A stretch of 11,202 nt of DNA from contig JADGIF010000313.1 in the NCBI GenBank assembly GCA_018985225.1, positions 1-11,202 of the forward strand, given 5' to 3'. The notes beneath the pieces are model-generated. The model was not told the origin of the DNA. It ran no database searches and was given only the letters and a program-made list of their open reading frames with translations. Numbering within the stretch: the first letter of the stretch is position 1; every line of letters begins with the position of its first letter. Shown here piece by piece: positions 7,391-11,202 of the stretch. Source of the DNA: Amoeboradix gromovi X-113. Taxonomy: Eukaryota; Fungi; Sanchytriomycota. The translations under genes were made by a program, and so were the position numbers.

Positions 7391-7448
7391 TTCTTTTTGC
7401 TATCCGCTCTTACCCCCAGTCTGTTTTTTCCAGAGCATGTCCCAGATG
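7391..7448 (+). repeat. Copy B of the 58-bp repeat, abutting the SF3A1 start codon
   Basis: 43/58 ungapped identity to 263-320; ends TGTCCCA-G-ATG. Confidence 0.75.
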
Positions 7449-8945
7449 TCCTCTGCTAAATTTATTCTTCCACCGCCGCAATTACAAGCTGTAATTGACA
7501 AAACTGCTAGTTTTATTGCAAAGAACGGTATGGCATTTCAAGAGCGCATAATGGAGGCGGAGCAAAGTACAAAATTTAGTTTTTTATTAAATGATGATCC
7601 ATACTACAAATACTTTGAATACACTCTAAATCTGATAAAGCAAGGGCAGTTACCTGAGTCGTTGATTCAAAAGGAACAAGAGTTGGATGACCTGGTAATC
7701 AAACCAGATGAACCACCACCATTAAAATACTTGACTGATATTGGAGATATGAACCGTATGGACTTAGACGTGATTAAACTAGCTGCTAAATATACTGCTT
7801 TGTACGGTCAATCTTTTCACCTCCAACTAATGCAAAAAGAAAGTAACAATTTTCGGTTTAATTTTCTTCGACCGACAAACACAAAGCATGGTGTATATCA
7901 GTCCTATGTTGATCAACTCAAGTATATAAATGAAAACTCTGCCGAGACAGAATCGTTCATCAAAAACGTTCAAAAGAATCCTCTCTGTCTCTTGCCTCAA
8001 ATTATGCAACGCACTGAATATCTTCAGTATCTGCAATTCGAAGCTCGTGTTGAAAACGAAAAGCAAGACAATCTAAGGGAGCTCTATGATAGCATTGATT
8101 GGCATGACTATGAGGTAATAGAACATGTTCAGTTTAGCATAGCAGATTCAATAGAAACGTACCCACCTCCGCTGACTCTTTCTCGATTGAAAACAATGTC
8201 GATTGAAGAAAAGCAGAACCAACTAAAGGACTTACAACAGGCCATGACTAAGATTGAGCATGAAATATCAAACGAGCAACCCAGAGTGGAATCATCAGTT
8301 GAAGATAATTTAAGTGTTGAAATGGATATAAGCGATGTCGAATTACCAGAAACGAACCTAAACGTTAAGCAACCTAGAGCCTTACCTAAAAATGTGCACG
8401 TTGTTCTCGTGAGTTGCCCTAGATGTGGATTAAAAGCAAACGACTTGGAAATGGAGAAACATATAAAATCTTGTCTTCACGATCCTAGGCATGAAGAGCA
8501 AATTAAAAGATACCAAGAGAAAAATGCTATATCTAATATAGCTGATGATGATGAGATAGCAAGAAACATTCAGGGAAGAAATGTAATTATTGAAAACAAG
8601 GCAGATCTAATATGGGATGGTAAGCAGCATACAAGGCAGAAAATAATTGAAGAATCCAAAAAGAGAAAACATCAAGACACGATAATTGAGCAAAGCAAGG
8701 ACCGTTTTGATGTCATTATACAAATGCCAATGGGAGCCGGAAAATTTCAAGATATTTGCAAAGGAGAGACTATCACGTTAGAAATAAGCACAAAACAGAA
8801 AATTATAGATATCAAGCACATGATAAGCGAAAAAACGAAGCTACCTTGGGCTAAAATAAAGTTATACAAAGAGACCCTGTTGCTTAAAAACGCAATGAAC
8901 TTGACTGAGTTACATGAAAATGATGTGCTTAATGTCAGGATATGA
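7446..8945 (+). CDS. SF3A1: Splicing factor 3A subunit 1 (Prp21/SAP114)
   Basis: ILPPP..VIDKTASFIAKNG..F SURP1, DLDVIKLAAKYTALYG..F..FNFLRP SURP2, IDWHDYEV motif, CPRCG, and a C-terminal ubiquitin-like domain. Start placed at ATG 7446 (ATG 7437 is possible); the tracked TTG start lies upstream of the repeat. Confidence 0.92.
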   Translation: MSSAKFILPPPQLQAVIDKTASFIAKNGMAFQERIMEAEQSTKFSFLLNDDPYYKYFEYTLNLIKQGQLPESLIQKEQELDDLVIKPDEPPPLKYLTDIGDMNRMDLDVIKLAAKYTALYGQSFHLQLMQKESNNFRFNFLRPTNTKHGVYQSYVDQLKYINENSAETESFIKNVQKNPLCLLPQIMQRTEYLQYLQFEARVENEKQDNLRELYDSIDWHDYEVIEHVQFSIADSIETYPPPLTLSRLKTMSIEEKQNQLKDLQQAMTKIEHEISNEQPRVESSVEDNLSVEMDISDVELPETNLNVKQPRALPKNVHVVLVSCPRCGLKANDLEMEKHIKSCLHDPRHEEQIKRYQEKNAISNIADDDEIARNIQGRNVIIENKADLIWDGKQHTRQKIIEESKKRKHQDTIIEQSKDRFDVIIQMPMGAGKFQDICKGETITLEISTKQKIIDIKHMISEKTKLPWAKIKLYKETLLLKNAMNLTELHENDVLNVRI

Positions 8946-9046
8946 TAAAAGTAAATATTAATAGCAATTTAAGTCTAACGTGTCTGACTAGGCACTGCAG
9001 ATTTCATGATTTAATTTTCAAGCATTTTTTAGATATTTGAAACAAC

Positions 9047-10729
9047 ATGAACTGCGTCAAAGTTTTCATTAAACATCGACCAGAAAGAGAGAGTAATAAG
9101 TTTACTATTGAAGACAGCAGAATCGTGTACCAGGGCAGGGAAAAGGATACCAATATGTCTAATGGCAAAGATAAAGACAGTTTAGTACCAACTGAATATC
9201 TAGTGGACAAAGTAATTCGGCCTCAGCTCAACTCTTATGAATCGATGGACATCCAGCATCATGCTCTTATATTTTGTGAAGGTAGGTCTTCAGCTGTTTT
9301 TACATACGGATATTCAAATAGTGGCAAAACTCACACCTGGTTTGATAATGAGCAAGGCATCATTTGGTCATTGATTAATGATATCATGACTCACAAAGAT
9401 AGTCAGTATAGCTTAAAAATGAGCATTTGTGAATTATACAATGACAAACTAAAGAATTTGTGCTCTTCAAACGACGTTCCTTGCTCTATATTTTCTGGTA
9501 GAATAATGCAGATTGTTGAAGATGGTAAAGGCAAGAAATCTAGTATTAATGTTCCGATTTCCGATGCTGAAGATTTTAAGATTAAAGTCAAATCTGCTTT
9601 AAAACGCAGGCAAGTCGCCGCCACTCATTTAAATGATGTTAGCAGTAGATCCCACTTGATAATTAATATATACATGCTCAAGAAAGACTCGAATGGTAAT
9701 GACGTCTACGTTTCTCGCTTAGCTCTATTGGACTGCGCAGGTAACGAAAGACTAGGTTCTAGTCAAATAGCAAAAAAGCAAACCAAAGAAGCTGGAAGTA
9801 TTAACAGTAATTTATTTGAATTAAAGAAGTGCATTCGTTTCCTTAGTCGCCCTCATGAAAACAACAATAAATTTGCATTCAGAGGATCTAAGTTAACATT
9901 GAGCCTTAAAGGTGTTGAATATATGTCTATAGTAGCTTGTGTTGACTTTCAGAAGGAGAATGATTCTAAAAACACACTCGATTTTGTAGTTCAAGGTAGA
10001 TCTATTTATTTGGATGGAAACAAATGCGTCAGAGACAGTAAACTGTCCAACTCCAGTAGAGATAGTAAACAGTCTTTGCCTGACGAGATAATTCAAAGTG
10101 TCAACCCGAATAAACTACAAACACCAGCTCTAGCATATTCAGGCAAACCAAAAAACAGCGATTCAATCACAATACAGAGAGCCCAGGAAGAGGTATCCAG
10201 GTACATTAGCACTTACAATGGACCTGCAGATCTAGATTTAGTCAGCGCTATTAAATGGATAAGGAAAGATCGAAAGTCCAGAGATATACTTATTAATGAG
10301 AATGAAATGGATATGAATACAGTGATTGAAAACATAAATGAAATGATGGGCTCAAGAACTGACTGTTTAGATTATTTGTATAATAATGTCGATAAAATCT
10401 TTCGGGATTTGCAAATAGCTACAAACGAGAGTAACGCAGATATAATGGAAATGGTAGGTGCTCTAATAGATAAAAACAAGAAAATGCAACAAGAGAATCA
10501 TAAATTAGAGCAAGAAAACAAGAAGTTGCAGCTGGAATCGGTAAGAAATAACATATTCTTTAACAATAAAGAAAACAATAAAATGACAGACACGACTAAC
10601 CGCTTCAAACTAAATCCAAATACAAGAAAGAAAAGGAAACCCAAAGAAGATTTCTCACTGACGCTAGAAATCGACGAAAATGTACGAGAGACAAGAAACA
10701 GAGCCAAGAGAGTAAGGCTACAAAAATAA
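9047..10729 (+). CDS. Divergent N-terminal-motor kinesin
   Basis: VKVFIKHRP, P-loop YGYSNSGKTHT, ELYND, switch I NDVSSRSH, switch II DCAGNER, INSNL, FRGSKLT, and a C-terminal coiled coil with a basic tail. Subfamily not assignable by eye. Confidence 0.92.
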   Translation: MNCVKVFIKHRPERESNKFTIEDSRIVYQGREKDTNMSNGKDKDSLVPTEYLVDKVIRPQLNSYESMDIQHHALIFCEGRSSAVFTYGYSNSGKTHTWFDNEQGIIWSLINDIMTHKDSQYSLKMSICELYNDKLKNLCSSNDVPCSIFSGRIMQIVEDGKGKKSSINVPISDAEDFKIKVKSALKRRQVAATHLNDVSSRSHLIINIYMLKKDSNGNDVYVSRLALLDCAGNERLGSSQIAKKQTKEAGSINSNLFELKKCIRFLSRPHENNNKFAFRGSKLTLSLKGVEYMSIVACVDFQKENDSKNTLDFVVQGRSIYLDGNKCVRDSKLSNSSRDSKQSLPDEIIQSVNPNKLQTPALAYSGKPKNSDSITIQRAQEEVSRYISTYNGPADLDLVSAIKWIRKDRKSRDILINENEMDMNTVIENINEMMGSRTDCLDYLYNNVDKIFRDLQIATNESNADIMEMVGALIDKNKKMQQENHKLEQENKKLQLESVRNNIFFNNKENNKMTDTTNRFKLNPNTRKKRKPKEDFSLTLEIDENVRETRNRAKRVRLQK

Positions 10730-11040
10730 ATTGTTTAAATTATGATCTGTCAAGTCGCCATCTAAACCTTCTATATACTCCGAAATAGTGAATGCAGAAC
10801 ATAACTTAATCGTCAATACTTTAGCAATACTTTTTTGCAAAAATACGTCCAATTTTTAGTTTGCTACAAATATATTGAGTCTCCTCCAAAAAGTTACGAC
10901 AATAGTAATCATCGCGGTATCGTGGATGAAAATTGGTAAGCAAGTACAACAGTTGGTTCAATTGGTTTTAAGAGATAGATATGCCAGATTTGTTTAGAAT
11001 TATCATGGGGAGACCGAATGAATAATTGTTTGTCTTCAAG

Positions 11041-11202
11041 TGGGACACCAAATATAAAAACTAGACCAACTCGTTTTCAAAGGTGCACCATACGGAGGAA
11101 ATGCTATCATTAATAAAAGATCTTTTATTATACCAATTTTCTTTCATTACTTTCAATCTCCTCTTCAAAATAAAACTAGAAGACCCTGCATCTCGTTCAA
11201 AT
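11041..11202 (-). mobile_element. Copy 3 of the element right end (TIR 11041-11071), continues beyond the window
   Basis: Reverse complement matches copy 2 with about 9 substitutions and one 3-nt indel (manual alignment). It translates FERDAGSSSFILKRRLKVMKENWYNKRSFINDSISSVWCTFENELV*. Confidence 0.9.

Noticed and set aside
9108-9116. Copy-3 putative guide matching the kinesin gene (TTGAAGACA)
   Set aside because: Only 9 bp, which is plausible by chance in AT-rich DNA.
10860-10940. Short reverse-complement similarities to 7235-7265 (ATATTTGTAGC; CCAATTTT..CCACGAT)
   Set aside because: The matches are short and not collinear, and no recognisable product was found in 10730-11040.
114-11202. CRISPR-like array or composite transposon formed by the three repeats
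   Set aside because: Copies are kilobases apart and in mixed orientation. Copies 1 and 3 point their right ends inward, so the enclosed genes lie outside the elements.

Overview
AT-rich, very gene-dense eukaryotic DNA with fungus-like proteins. It carries six housekeeping genes: a MYST histone acetyltransferase, an Rsc9/ARID2/Swi1-like armadillo protein, PRP40, a two-thioredoxin PDI (PDIA6/ERp38 type) split by a 19-nt GT-AG intron, SF3A1/PRP21 and a divergent kinesin. The ORF track misses the most notable signal, which is a set of Fanzor/TnpB-like (eukaryotic OMEGA) relics. (1) A ~160-bp repeat occurs three times (114-238 +, 6446-6606 +, 11041-11202 -). It encodes a TnpB/Fanzor-like RD-containing C-terminus, preceded in the first copy by CxxC, and ends sharply at ...GGTGTCCCA, followed by a different flank each time. 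(2) One copy forms a 419-bp non-autonomous element with 31-bp TIRs (6188-6606). (3) Two further decayed Fanzor/TnpB-like frames and a hairpin/pseudoknot RNA candidate lie in the 1.95-kb PDI-SF3A1 intergenic region. The Fanzor assignments rest on motif recognition by eye and need HMM and small-RNA confirmation.
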